Positions 8,921 through 17,360 of a stretch of DNA of 64,000 nt are shown in pieces. Origin of the DNA: a virus (taxonomy: Duplodnaviria > Caudoviricetes). Numbering within the stretch: position 1 is the stretch's first letter; the number at the start of each line of letters is the position of its first letter. The notes beneath the pieces were generated by a model. That model had not been told where the DNA came from. It was given only the letters and a program-made list of their open reading frames with translations, and made no database searches. A program made the position numbers and the translations under genes. Location of the stretch: the IMG/VR virus record IMGVR_UViG_3300044645_001738, positions 19,978 through 83,977 of that record. One strand, written 5' to 3'.

Positions 8921-9018
8921 GCGAGAAAACGTGGCGGTAAATGGAAATTCCCAACTCCATTTGGCACATTACGCATTCCTGAACTAGGTATTTCAGAAGC
9001 AGGTGGATTGTTTTTCCG

Positions 9019-9267
9019 TTAATCACTCCAGTGTTCAAGCCTGTGGCAATTGCAGCACAGCGGAATGCATTTATTGATTTCTTCTTGGATACGGCGCCAG
9101 GCGTATCCGTGATTGACCATACTTGACACATTTAAATCCTTGTCACCTACATGGTGAAACTCAAGGACTCTATAGTCTTCCAGGGCGCAGTGCTCGCACT
9201 TAAGAGTCTTCTTGTATTCCAAGAATCTCTGCCGGTTTTCTTGTAACCTGCGTGTACTTGTTGGCAC
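9019..9267 (-). CDS. small HNH endonuclease
   Basis: CEHC..LEFHH..KC.PLCCNCHRLEH. Confidence 0.85.
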   Translation of the reverse strand: MPTSTRRLQENRQRFLEYKKTLKCEHCALEDYRVLEFHHVGDKDLNVSSMVNHGYAWRRIQEEINKCIPLCCNCHRLEHWSD

Positions 9268-9296
9268 TAATGCCTACGCATTCTTTTTCAGTATAA

Positions 9297-9368
9297 AGGG
9301 TCGTGCCGGAATCGAACCGACTTTCAATGTGTGTTGTCCACCTGTCCTTACCAATAGACTAACGACCC
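9297..9368 (-). tRNA. tRNA-like gene with non-canonical anticodon arm (nominal AAC)
   Basis: GGGTCGT/ACGACCC acceptor; GTCT-ATTGGTAA-GGAC D arm; GTCGG-TTCGATT-CCGGC T arm. Anticodon arm weak, loop ACAACAC lacks U33, no encoded CCA. Confidence 0.7.
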
Positions 9369-9409
9369 AGCCCGATGCAAAGCAGAGCGGGAACATAAAC
9401 ATCATACAC

Positions 9410-9518
9410 AAAAAATCCCGGCTACTCACACCGGGATTGTATTCTCCTTACCGCTGTTGCAAGCCCTACCGTAAGGTGTCAGGGTTTCGACTATTACCCT
9501 GGAGCTTTAGTGCTCTCC
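9410..9518 (-). ncRNA. putative structured small RNA ending in an intrinsic terminator
   Basis: Hairpins GGAG..CTCC, CAGGGT/ACCCTG, CCTTAC/GTAAGG, then AATCCCGG/CCGGGATT plus T run; TAGTGT -10 at 9522-9527. Confidence 0.45.
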
Positions 9519-9527
9519 GATACACTA

Positions 9528-9695
9528 TCACTTTTTCTTTTTCTTTGCGGTCTTAGCAGAATCTTTGAATGCCTTGGCAGTTGGTGCGCCTTTCTCACCA
9601 GGTTTCCGCATCTTCTCACCGGAACCCGCAGCAATACGCTCCTTTTTGTCCTGAATGTTTTTGTACAAACCGTCAGGTTTCTTTTTGTCTGCCAT
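9528..9695 (-). CDS. small Lys-rich conserved phage protein (not in ORF track)
   Basis: MADKKKPDGLYKNIQDKKERIAAGSGEKMRKPGEKGAPTAKAFKDSAKTAKKKKK*. Confidence 0.8.
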   Translation of the reverse strand: MADKKKPDGLYKNIQDKKERIAAGSGEKMRKPGEKGAPTAKAFKDSAKTAKKKKK

Positions 9696-9861
9696 TGTTT
9701 TGTTTGCGTTCTTCCAGTATTTTAGCCCACTTACATGGTTTCATACTCAACTCCCACCCAAGGGGTGGCTTGGGAATTTGATGACTCAACCATGCGAAGT
9801 AACGGTATAACCGTTCTTCATCCGAAGGGACTGTCCTCTTTTTGTTTGTGACCATGACCAA
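9673..9861 (-). CDS. hypothetical protein
   Basis: Short ORF within the - strand run. Confidence 0.5.
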   Translation of the reverse strand: MVMVTNKKRTVPSDEERLYRYFAWLSHQIPKPPLGWELSMKPCKWAKILEERKQNNGRQKET

Positions 9862-10030
9862 ACTTTTCTAAGATCTGATCCATGGATTCAACTGATTCTA
9901 AACGTACGAGAAGATCAGAGATAGTTGCAATGGTCATTGGATGTTCAGATCTGGCGGCAAACGCAAGCGCATCACGAAGGTGCTCGGCGGCTTGATTGAC
10001 TGCTTCTTTGACCTGACTGGATAAAGACAT
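9818..10030 (-). CDS. conserved cyanophage-type hypothetical protein
   Basis: MSLSSQVKEAV..LRDALAFAARSEHP motif. Confidence 0.7.
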   Translation of the reverse strand: MSLSSQVKEAVNQAAEHLRDALAFAARSEHPMTIATISDLLVRLESVESMDQILEKFGHGHKQKEDSPFG

Positions 10031-10155
10031 TTCAGAAGTACGGGGTCCTCTAAGTATAAACGTGTTGGTGTACATACGTCTTTTGGACTAACCCAAACAG
10101 TATGAAATGCCGTATCAACTTTTGCAATACGGCGTTCACTGCTATGAGGTAGGGG

Positions 10156-10737
10156 TTACAGCTCCTGCCACACCCAGCCAACCTGGTAGTCGTCAAGGAA
10201 TGGCTCGATGCCCAGGGACTCCATCAGTTCGTAGACCAGGCGTCCTTTACCTAGGCGCTTACCCTCGTGCTTGATGTTGTCATCAATGACAATAAGGGTG
10301 TCATGCTGAATGATGTCCTTAGCTGCAAACAATTCCTTGAGATGATGTGCAGCCGGGGCCCAGTCGTCTTGCCAATTTTGGATGTTGTAGGAATCCAGGT
10401 AGAGGAGTGCAACGTTTCCTTGTAACGTGCCAAGGAATTCAACTGAGTCGGACTCGACAACTTCGGTGAGATTACTGGTGTTTGCCGAAGCCAAAGCGCA
10501 GGCTTTGGGGTCAATGTCAATAGAGATTACGCTGCCACCACGATCGTTGACGTAGTTGTCAAAGAGGAGGGTCGAACAACCATCTCCGGTGAAGTTGTTC
10601 TCCTCGCGGTATGTGCCAGTTTCAATAATGGTTGGATTGGTGGTTTCATCCAGGTAGGCAAAGATCTTTTCGAAGCCTCGTGCCCTAGCGCCAAGCTTTG
10701 GTTTTACTTCGGTAAAGTAGTCGTCCCAGCTAGTCAT
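10156..10737 (-). CDS. class I SAM-dependent methyltransferase (Methyltransf_24-like)
   Basis: IIETGT motif I, SIDID, SDSVEFL, LLYLDS, IVIDD. Confidence 0.85.
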   Translation of the reverse strand: MTSWDDYFTEVKPKLGARARGFEKIFAYLDETTNPTIIETGTYREENNFTGDGCSTLLFDNYVNDRGGSVISIDIDPKACALASANTSNLTEVVESDSVEFLGTLQGNVALLYLDSYNIQNWQDDWAPAAHHLKELFAAKDIIQHDTLIVIDDNIKHEGKRLGKGRLVYELMESLGIEPFLDDYQVGWVWQEL

Positions 10738-10743
10738 GGCGTT

Positions 10744-10881
10744 TTACAAATCAACCCGAGTATAAGAGATATCTTCGTTCTGTAAGCTTTGTTCAAATGC
10801 GTCGGCTTCAATGGTTTCAATGTCTTCCACTACGGGCCAGCCGTCAAGGTCGTAGTAGAAACGGGTGAGATTACAGGACAT
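10744..10881 (-). CDS. 45-aa acidic protein (not in ORF track)
   Basis: MSCNLTRFYYDLDGWPVVEDIETIEADAFEQSLQNEDISYTRVDL* fills the gap between genes. Confidence 0.6.
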   Translation of the reverse strand: MSCNLTRFYYDLDGWPVVEDIETIEADAFEQSLQNEDISYTRVDL

Positions 10882-11119
10882 GGACAAGATTCCAAATGGA
10901 AGATTTGGTGGTTAACTCGGTGACTAAGATGATGGTTACTGCTAGCATGGCAAGCCTTCCGTTGACACGCTCTGCATACCAGGTGAAATCATCTGGGTGA
11001 GTGGGTGGCTTCCAGAAGACTAGGTCTGGGAGATACTCCTTGACAATTTCAATGATGATCCAGGAGGCGCAGCTGTACCATCCACGGATTGAGTACCAGA
11101 ACTTAGCGAGTCCTGTCAT
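10871..11119 (-). CDS. hli: high-light inducible protein (HLIP)
   Basis: AERVNGRLAML = ExxNGRxAM chlorophyll-binding motif followed by a TM helix and a conserved E. Confidence 0.85.
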   Translation of the reverse strand: MTGLAKFWYSIRGWYSCASWIIIEIVKEYLPDLVFWKPPTHPDDFTWYAERVNGRLAMLAVTIILVTELTTKSSIWNLVHVL

Positions 11120-11220
11120 TGTCCTGGAGTAGAGGCAATAAAGATCAGATAAGCATCAATGGCCACAACTGTCAATAGAGCCAGGAGGATGCTGGAGATT
11201 GCGTACACAAAACCGTTCAT
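11116..11220 (-). CDS. 34-aa membrane peptide
   Basis: MNGFVYAISSILLALLTVVAIDAYLIFIASTPGQ; ATGA coupling to hli. Confidence 0.5.
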   Translation of the reverse strand: MNGFVYAISSILLALLTVVAIDAYLIFIASTPGQ

Positions 11221-11272
11221 TCGCACTTTGATAATTAGTGTGGTAACTTGAGGATAATATACAAAAGCTTCA

Positions 11273-12127
11273 ATGGTTGCTAAGATAGATTTATCGGATC
11301 CTTGGATTAAGGTCCAGGATAGGCAACCGGATCTCATGCGGAACCTAAACAGGGCCGCAACCAGAATTACGCTTAACGGCAAAAGGCATTACACCACGCC
11401 GTTACCCACTGGCCCAGCCCCGTCTGTAACTACAATCATATCTGAGACTGCTTCCGAAGCAAACAAACGGAAGCTTGAAATGTGGTCAAAAAATAATCCA
11501 GGTGTTAAGGAGGCCGCTGCCGAAAGGGGGACCGCCATTCACTATGGTATGGAGCAGTACCTAAAAGGGAACAAAACTCCGGAGATCGCTGATGAGTACC
11601 AAGACTTTTGGCAAGGCATGCCGTCAATTTTGGATCAGTTTGACGAAGTCTTATGGGCAGAGACGCCTGTGGTTGATCGGTTTAAATTCACTATTGGCGC
11701 TGATGACGTTGCTCGCGTTTGGGGTTGCGATCCTGACGGGCGAGCTTGGGCTGGTGCTCCCGACATTATCGGTGTGGTTAATAACAAGCTTACTCTCGCT
11801 GATTTGAAGACCAGCGTCAAACCCTACAGTCGCAAGTGGCCTAAAGACCTGGAGAAGGGGTCGCCTGAATGGCGTGATCTCTTGGGTGGTCACATGAAAT
11901 TTAAAAAAACTTTGAAGCAGCTCGCAGCTTACGACTTGGCTATTACCCAGACGCTTGGCATCAAGGTCCAGCAGGCTGCCATCTTGGTATCAACACCGGT
12001 GCGTACACAAGTCTTTAAGATCTCCAGGAATTTTCTTAATGCTTTGCATGCGGATTGGCACAAACTGGTTGAAGAGTATTACACGCAAATGGAAGAGTAT
12101 GGTCAGCAGGACCAGGATCTTGTCTGA
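11273..12127 (+). CDS. PD-(D/E)XK exonuclease
   Basis: PSVTTII, RGTAIH, WAGAPD, LADLKTS, QLAAY motifs. Confidence 0.85.
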   Translation: MVAKIDLSDPWIKVQDRQPDLMRNLNRAATRITLNGKRHYTTPLPTGPAPSVTTIISETASEANKRKLEMWSKNNPGVKEAAAERGTAIHYGMEQYLKGNKTPEIADEYQDFWQGMPSILDQFDEVLWAETPVVDRFKFTIGADDVARVWGCDPDGRAWAGAPDIIGVVNNKLTLADLKTSVKPYSRKWPKDLEKGSPEWRDLLGGHMKFKKTLKQLAAYDLAITQTLGIKVQQAAILVSTPVRTQVFKISRNFLNALHADWHKLVEEYYTQMEEYGQQDQDLV

Positions 12128-12226
12128 GATATAAGTGGGTCTAATGAGTCTCAAAACTCTGGGAAGTCGTAAGGTTGTCCTTGGATTGGTGGCCCTAGGA
12201 TAAGTAAACAGCCAGACAACCCTCCG

Positions 12227-12412
12227 ATGGAAATCTACGTTTCCGTTGGTGAGTGGATGAATAGTCTTCAGAATCGCATGAATAGTGCGATGGATGGGGA
12301 CTGTTTTTATCTGCCCACCCCTATGCATCTTCATGCTTTTTTCTTGGTGAAGGACCAGGCATTTGCCAATAAAGACTTTAAAGTAGAACTCATGCCATCA
12401 GTTAACGAATGA
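12227..12412 (+). CDS. hypothetical protein
   Basis: ATGA-coupled to the primase; TAGGATAAG upstream. Confidence 0.6.
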   Translation: MEIYVSVGEWMNSLQNRMNSAMDGDCFYLPTPMHLHAFFLVKDQAFANKDFKVELMPSVNE

Positions 12413-15039
12413 CTAATACTTCTCAGCTCTCGCTCAGGCCCGGCGAAATTCGTTTTGATTACATCCCAGCGGATTGGCCTCTTACTCCGCTTGGTGCCAA
12501 CAAGGATCCGTATGTCGCTGGATGGCAGAACAAACCGTTTAGTGTCAAGGAAATTGAAGATGAATTGACAAGCGGTAAGTGTAAGGCTATTGGTCTGCTC
12601 GGTGGTCCTGTTTACAACCATCCGTACGGTTTCATCTGGATTGACATTGATGGCCCATCGGTGTACCAGCTGGTGGAGGAGTTGGCCGATGCACCTTTCA
12701 TTAAGGTGATGCCGCCCACACTGACAATCTTCAGTGGGAAGGAAGGTAGGGAGCGTAGGTTATACCGGGTTAGCCGTGAGAAACATAAGCACATCGTTCG
12801 GAATAAGTACACGTGGCACGCAGCAGTAGACAAAGAAAAGCTTGAGATTCTTTGGAAGCGGCACCAGGGTGTGTTAATGGGGTTACATCCGGAAACGGAT
12901 GGGTACTACACGGCTCCAGACCTTGGGTTTGAGTGGGCAAAGGCTGTGCCTGAAATGCCGGACTTCTTGTTGAATGCCATCATCAACAAGAATGTCAAGC
13001 AAGGTATTCCGGCAAAGGAAACAACGCGTGTTATCGGCCCAGGCTTTGCGATCAATAGTGTTGTGGACCTTGACCGGGATATGAAGCTTGCCGCAGAGGC
13101 AATGTGGGGCATGCCTCCAGAAGCGGCGGATGACTATGACATCTGGATTACGGTCGGTCAATCACTCCATAATCTCGATGAATCACTCCTTGATCAGTGG
13201 GAAGAATGGTCCAAGCAGTCGGACAAGTATAGGGAGGGGGAGTGTCACCGGCGGTGGCTGTCGTTTACTCGTGGCTCTGGTCGCAGCATTGGCTCACTGA
13301 TTCACGTTGCTCGTGAGCAGGGGTGGCAGCCGTCCCAGGAGTATAGGGGGCTGAGTGTTGATGATGCGACATTAGAGCATGCTTCAAAATTATTGGCTGA
13401 AATTGATCTGGAAGAATCTCAAATGACTCCCGTAACCGCTCCATGTGCTGCATCCGATGCCACTCAGACAAATCAATGGCAGTCGCAGGAGCTGGACACA
13501 AAAAACATGAAGTCAAAAGAAGAGAAGAAAACGTCAAAGAACCCGTCATCCAGCAAAATCGTAGATCATTTGCGCTCAACATATAACGGAGATCTGCGCT
13601 TTAGTCAAGCCCACGGTCAATTCTTTATTTATGCTAAAGAAAGTGATGGGCTTTGGTCGCCTCTCACGAAGATCGAAATGATGGGTGACATTCGGGAAAA
13701 GCTGCAAGTACTGCACCTTCCCGGTGGATTCACTTCTAATCTGATGAATGACATCTACCTGCAGCTCCAGGCGGTGTTGGTGTTTGATGATTGGTATGAC
13801 GGTTCCAACTACCTGTTGTTTACCAATGGGGTGCTGGATATCGAGAAGAAGGAGTTGCTTCCATTCAATCGGGGGATGCACCTGACCCAGCAAATGCCTT
13901 ATCGGTATGATCCAGCGGCTGGGTGTGAAGACATCATTAAGTGGCTGAAGCATGTGCAGCACGGTAGCTGGGAACGTGTTCAGGTGTTACGTGCATGGTT
14001 GCGTGCCACGCTACTGGGGCGCTATGAGATCCAGAAGTTTGTGGAGATTGTTGGCCCTGGTAAGTCCGGTAAGTCGACCTATGCAAACCTGGCTGTGGCA
14101 TTGGTTGGTAAGCAAAACACCTACTCAACAGACTTTGAGAATCTGGAGAAGAACAGGTTTGAAGCTGCAAGCTACATGGGCAAGAAGCTTCTGCTGTTCC
14201 AGGATGCTGATAGGTGGGGTGGATCGGTATCAAAGCTGAAGGCAATTACCGGTAATGATTGGATCCGTAGTGAACGCAAGTATCAAAGCGAAGGTCAAGA
14301 TCCGTTTCAGTATCATGGAGTTGTGATGATTACAGCTAATGAAGCTATTCAATCAACTGATTACACTTCTGGCCTTGCGCGTCGCCGCCTTACTATTCCG
14401 TTCGACCGTCCGTTTGAGGGCGGTCAGGCAGAACAAAAGGAACTGATTAAGTTCGATTCCAAGGGTGTCCCCCAGGGTGTGTTCGCTCCCTTGTTGCCAG
14501 GGTTGGTAAACTGGTTGTTGGATATGACTGAGGATGACATGCGTGCTTGTCTCATGGAAACCGGTAAGAAGATTGATTTCTTTCGTAAGTATGAGAAGCA
14601 GCAAAGCCTGCGTTCTAATCCACTGTTGGATTGGATGGATCACAAGTTGGTGTTCCAGCCGAATGTGATGACGCACGTTGGCTTCTGTCAGCAGAATCCA
14701 AATGGAACTGGCGGCTATTACAAGGACAATACGCGTTGGTTGTATGCCAGCTATGCGGAGTTCTGTCGCAACTGCAACGTGGGCATCATGTCACGCGGCA
14801 GGTTTGAGCCCTTGTTCTTGGACATTTGCAGGCACCAGCTCAAACTGAACGTCTACTCCAAGAAGGCGGCGTCTGGTATGCAGGTCTTTAACATTGCCAT
14901 CAAGGAGTCGAATATTGACAGGTACTTACAGCTGCCTTCGGTTGTGGAATTTGCAGCAAACCCTGACCGTTATAAGGATCAATACCCTGAGCTTTTTGTA
15001 CCTACTGGTGAGACAATAGAGAATGATGCAACAATGTAG
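12409..15039 (+). CDS. primase-helicase (Prim-Pol, PriCT-2, D5_N, SF3 helicase)
   Basis: N-terminal IDID AEP motif; YDIWITVGQSLH..W..WS..S.KY (PriCT-2); FTNGVLD; Walker A GPGKSGKST; LKAITGND; RRRL. Confidence 0.92.
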   Translation: MTNTSQLSLRPGEIRFDYIPADWPLTPLGANKDPYVAGWQNKPFSVKEIEDELTSGKCKAIGLLGGPVYNHPYGFIWIDIDGPSVYQLVEELADAPFIKVMPPTLTIFSGKEGRERRLYRVSREKHKHIVRNKYTWHAAVDKEKLEILWKRHQGVLMGLHPETDGYYTAPDLGFEWAKAVPEMPDFLLNAIINKNVKQGIPAKETTRVIGPGFAINSVVDLDRDMKLAAEAMWGMPPEAADDYDIWITVGQSLHNLDESLLDQWEEWSKQSDKYREGECHRRWLSFTRGSGRSIGSLIHVAREQGWQPSQEYRGLSVDDATLEHASKLLAEIDLEESQMTPVTAPCAASDATQTNQWQSQELDTKNMKSKEEKKTSKNPSSSKIVDHLRSTYNGDLRFSQAHGQFFIYAKESDGLWSPLTKIEMMGDIREKLQVLHLPGGFTSNLMNDIYLQLQAVLVFDDWYDGSNYLLFTNGVLDIEKKELLPFNRGMHLTQQMPYRYDPAAGCEDIIKWLKHVQHGSWERVQVLRAWLRATLLGRYEIQKFVEIVGPGKSGKSTYANLAVALVGKQNTYSTDFENLEKNRFEAASYMGKKLLLFQDADRWGGSVSKLKAITGNDWIRSERKYQSEGQDPFQYHGVVMITANEAIQSTDYTSGLARRRLTIPFDRPFEGGQAEQKELIKFDSKGVPQGVFAPLLPGLVNWLLDMTEDDMRACLMETGKKIDFFRKYEKQQSLRSNPLLDWMDHKLVFQPNVMTHVGFCQQNPNGTGGYYKDNTRWLYASYAEFCRNCNVGIMSRGRFEPLFLDICRHQLKLNVYSKKAASGMQVFNIAIKESNIDRYLQLPSVVEFAANPDRYKDQYPELFVPTGETIENDATM

Positions 15040-15392
15040 TGGGAAATGGCCGGCATCTGATACTGGATCTATACGATTGTGATCCAGAGATTTTGGATGA
15101 TTACCAGGAGCTTCAACGATTGCTTGAGGCTTCTTTGGTAATGGCCAAAGCAACTATCCTGCGCATTATTGGCGAGAAGTTTAAGCCGCAAGGTGTCACA
15201 CTATTGGCACTGCTGGCTGAATCCCACGCATCAATTCATTCGTGGCCCGAGATTGGGTATTGTGCAATCGATCTTTATACTTGTGGCGATACCACGCAGA
15301 CGCATCGGGCGGCAGAATTTCTCAAGAAGAAGTTGAAAGCTAAAACTGTAGAGCAAAAAGAGTTGGTACGGTCGACTACTCCGTCGAATTGA
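15039..15392 (+). CDS. speD: S-adenosylmethionine decarboxylase proenzyme
   Basis: GRHLILDLYDC, F.PQGVT, LLAESHASIHSWPE (ES cleavage site), DLYTCG. Confidence 0.95.
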   Translation: MGNGRHLILDLYDCDPEILDDYQELQRLLEASLVMAKATILRIIGEKFKPQGVTLLALLAESHASIHSWPEIGYCAIDLYTCGDTTQTHRAAEFLKKKLKAKTVEQKELVRSTTPSN

Positions 15393-15421
15393 GTATAGTA
15401 AAACGAGATAATCCGTCTTAA

Positions 15422-16684
15422 ATGGCTAAAAAAACTAAGATTCTTTGGGTTGCTGACTTTGCAGCAATGACCGGTTTCGGCCGTGTCAGTGGTGCGGTAC
15501 TGCCGCGACTGAAGGATGACTTTGAAATTGTGGTGCTCGCATGTAATTGGCATGGAGATCCAACGGATGAGCAGAAAGATTTCAAGATGTATCCTGCGTC
15601 CAACCGATTCCAGCAGGCGCCCTTTGGTGAGGATCGCATTCGGGAGATTGTTGAGAAAGAACAGCCGGATATTGTGTTCAGCTTGAATGATCCTTGGATC
15701 GTTAGTGAACAGTACAGGCGTATTCAAGATCTGCACCAGCAGAAGAAGTTTAAGTTCTGTGGCTACCTCACGATGGATAGCTACAACTGGATTGGTGGCA
15801 TCGATGCACACATCAATGAATGGGATGCGTTGATTGCATTTACGGAATTTGGTGCATACGAATTCTTTAAGGCGGGTATCACCAAGCCGGTCACTGTAAT
15901 TCCACATGGTTTGGATACGGATCTCTTTTATCCCATGGATAAGAAGGAGGCACGCAAGAAGCTGGGGCTGTCGGAGGACATCTTCATCTGTTTGAATGCC
16001 AACAGGAATCAGTTCCGCAAACGGATGGACATTACGATTGCAGCCTTTGCCAAGTTCGCAGTCGGTCGCCCGGATACGCAACTTTATATGCACTGCGGTA
16101 CCAAGGATCAAGGGTGGGATATCATGCCGCTCTTCGGGCGGGAGATGAGTAAGAACGGACTTGATCCAAACGGTCGCATCATCATGACCAATAACAACCA
16201 GGGGCCGCCGAACGTTTCGGTGGAGTTCCTGAATTGCATTTACAACGCGGCTGATATTGGGATCAATACCACCAAGGGGGGTGGCTGGGAGCTAGTCAAC
16301 TTTGAGAATGCTGCCTGCCGTGTGGCACAGGTGGTGCCGGATCACACCAGTACCAAAGAGATTTTTGAGGGCTATGCCCCACTGATTCGTTGCGACCACG
16401 TGGATGTGGACACCAACATGGCACGGGAGATGCCCTGCCCCTCCGACCAACACCTGGCGCAGATCCTTGCCAACCTCTACGACGATCGGGAGTACCTGAA
16501 CAGTGTGGCCGATGCCTGCTACAAGCGGGTGACGGATCCTCAATTTAGTTGGGACTCAGTTGCGTCTCAGTTTGGAGGGGTGTTCCAGGAGGTGATGGAG
16601 GGTGGTGAGCCGGAAGTGGAAGAGAAGCCAAAGAAGAAAAAGAAGGAGAAGAAGGAAAAACGCACGGTTGGGGCTGCGGCGTGA
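15422..16684 (+). CDS. glycosyltransferase family 4 (GT-B)
   Basis: TGFGRV, VIPHGLD..F.P, NRNQFRKR, YNAADI..GGGWEL..FE. Confidence 0.88.
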   Translation: MAKKTKILWVADFAAMTGFGRVSGAVLPRLKDDFEIVVLACNWHGDPTDEQKDFKMYPASNRFQQAPFGEDRIREIVEKEQPDIVFSLNDPWIVSEQYRRIQDLHQQKKFKFCGYLTMDSYNWIGGIDAHINEWDALIAFTEFGAYEFFKAGITKPVTVIPHGLDTDLFYPMDKKEARKKLGLSEDIFICLNANRNQFRKRMDITIAAFAKFAVGRPDTQLYMHCGTKDQGWDIMPLFGREMSKNGLDPNGRIIMTNNNQGPPNVSVEFLNCIYNAADIGINTTKGGGWELVNFENAACRVAQVVPDHTSTKEIFEGYAPLIRCDHVDVDTNMAREMPCPSDQHLAQILANLYDDREYLNSVADACYKRVTDPQFSWDSVASQFGGVFQEVMEGGEPEVEEKPKKKKKEKKEKRTVGAAA

Positions 16685-16734
16685 GACTGGTCTCATGTGA
16701 GACGACTGAGGCTTGATTGGTGCCAAGGTGATGG

Positions 16735-16759
16735 ATCCCCTGGAAACAGGGGATTTTTT
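16735..16759 (+). terminator. intrinsic terminator
   Basis: ATCCCCTG-GAAA-CAGGGGAT followed by TTTTT. Confidence 0.85.
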
Positions 16760-16802
16760 GTAGCAAGGTGTACGCATTGAGGAGGTGGGGTACGGGTGAA
16801 AT

Positions 16803-17018
16803 CCGATAAAACCCCCTTCCTATCTTTACGTGACGCACATGACACTTTACTGAAAGTGTCATTATTTGAGTCAGGGTGAGACAGGAATGAGACGGTGGGA
16901 TTGGTGGGTTGTGCTTATTGTCTCAAGTACAATCTCACTTGAGAATCCTTGACAAATAATGACACTTTCGGCAAAGTGTCATTTGGATCTAATAAAGATA
17001 AACAGGGGGTTTTATCGG
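16803..17018. repeat. 216-bp imperfect inverted repeat with nested palindromes (candidate replication origin)
   Basis: Two 66-bp arms (16803-16868, 16953-17018) match as blocks of 14, 8, 10 and 17 bp separated by unmatched spacers of 4, 10 and 3 bp; TGAGAC/GTCTCA repeats in the core. Confidence 0.9.
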
Positions 17019-17023
17019 GTTCT

Positions 17024-17359
17024 ATGGCTAGACCAGGCGCACCACTGCCACCTCTCTGGTACTTGGAGTCCCAGCTTCGGTTGTCGACTCAGTACCCATC
17101 TGGCCTGGAATGGGCTTGTACCACGGGCTGGCACGCTGAAGGAGACATGGCCGGGAAATACGTCCCAGCCACCCGCTACTACGTGGTGAGGCTGGGGGGA
17201 GGGCAGTACCAGGCCCACAGGCTTGTCTACTTCCTACGCACCGGCCAGGACCCCCTGGAGGCCTCTGTCATTCACGTCGCATCTGACCGTGACAATCGCA
17301 AGGAACTGATCCTTCGTTCCAGATCCCCTACCACCAATCTCATATTGGACTCAAATTGA
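17024..17359 (+). CDS. degenerate HNH-like protein
   Basis: GDMAG..YYVVRL..YQAHRLVYFL.TG.DP..VIH..DN, an HNH_3-like scaffold that is eroded and truncated. Confidence 0.65.
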   Translation: MARPGAPLPPLWYLESQLRLSTQYPSGLEWACTTGWHAEGDMAGKYVPATRYYVVRLGGGQYQAHRLVYFLRTGQDPLEASVIHVASDRDNRKELILRSRSPTTNLILDSN

Positions 17360-17360
17360 C

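Noticed and set aside
9297-9518. Two-piece tmRNA or hammerhead ribozyme
   Set aside because: No tag ORF or G3-U70 alanine identity, and no CUGANGA core to go with the GAAAC.
15275-16111. 278-aa antisense ORF over speD and the GT4 gene
   Set aside because: Opposite to two well-supported genes; no motifs.
16803-17018. Inverted repeat as a MITE, IS end or protelomerase site
   Set aside because: No target-site duplication or transposase seen; the arms are interrupted and surround an 84-bp core, unlike a continuous telRL palindrome. Not fully excluded.
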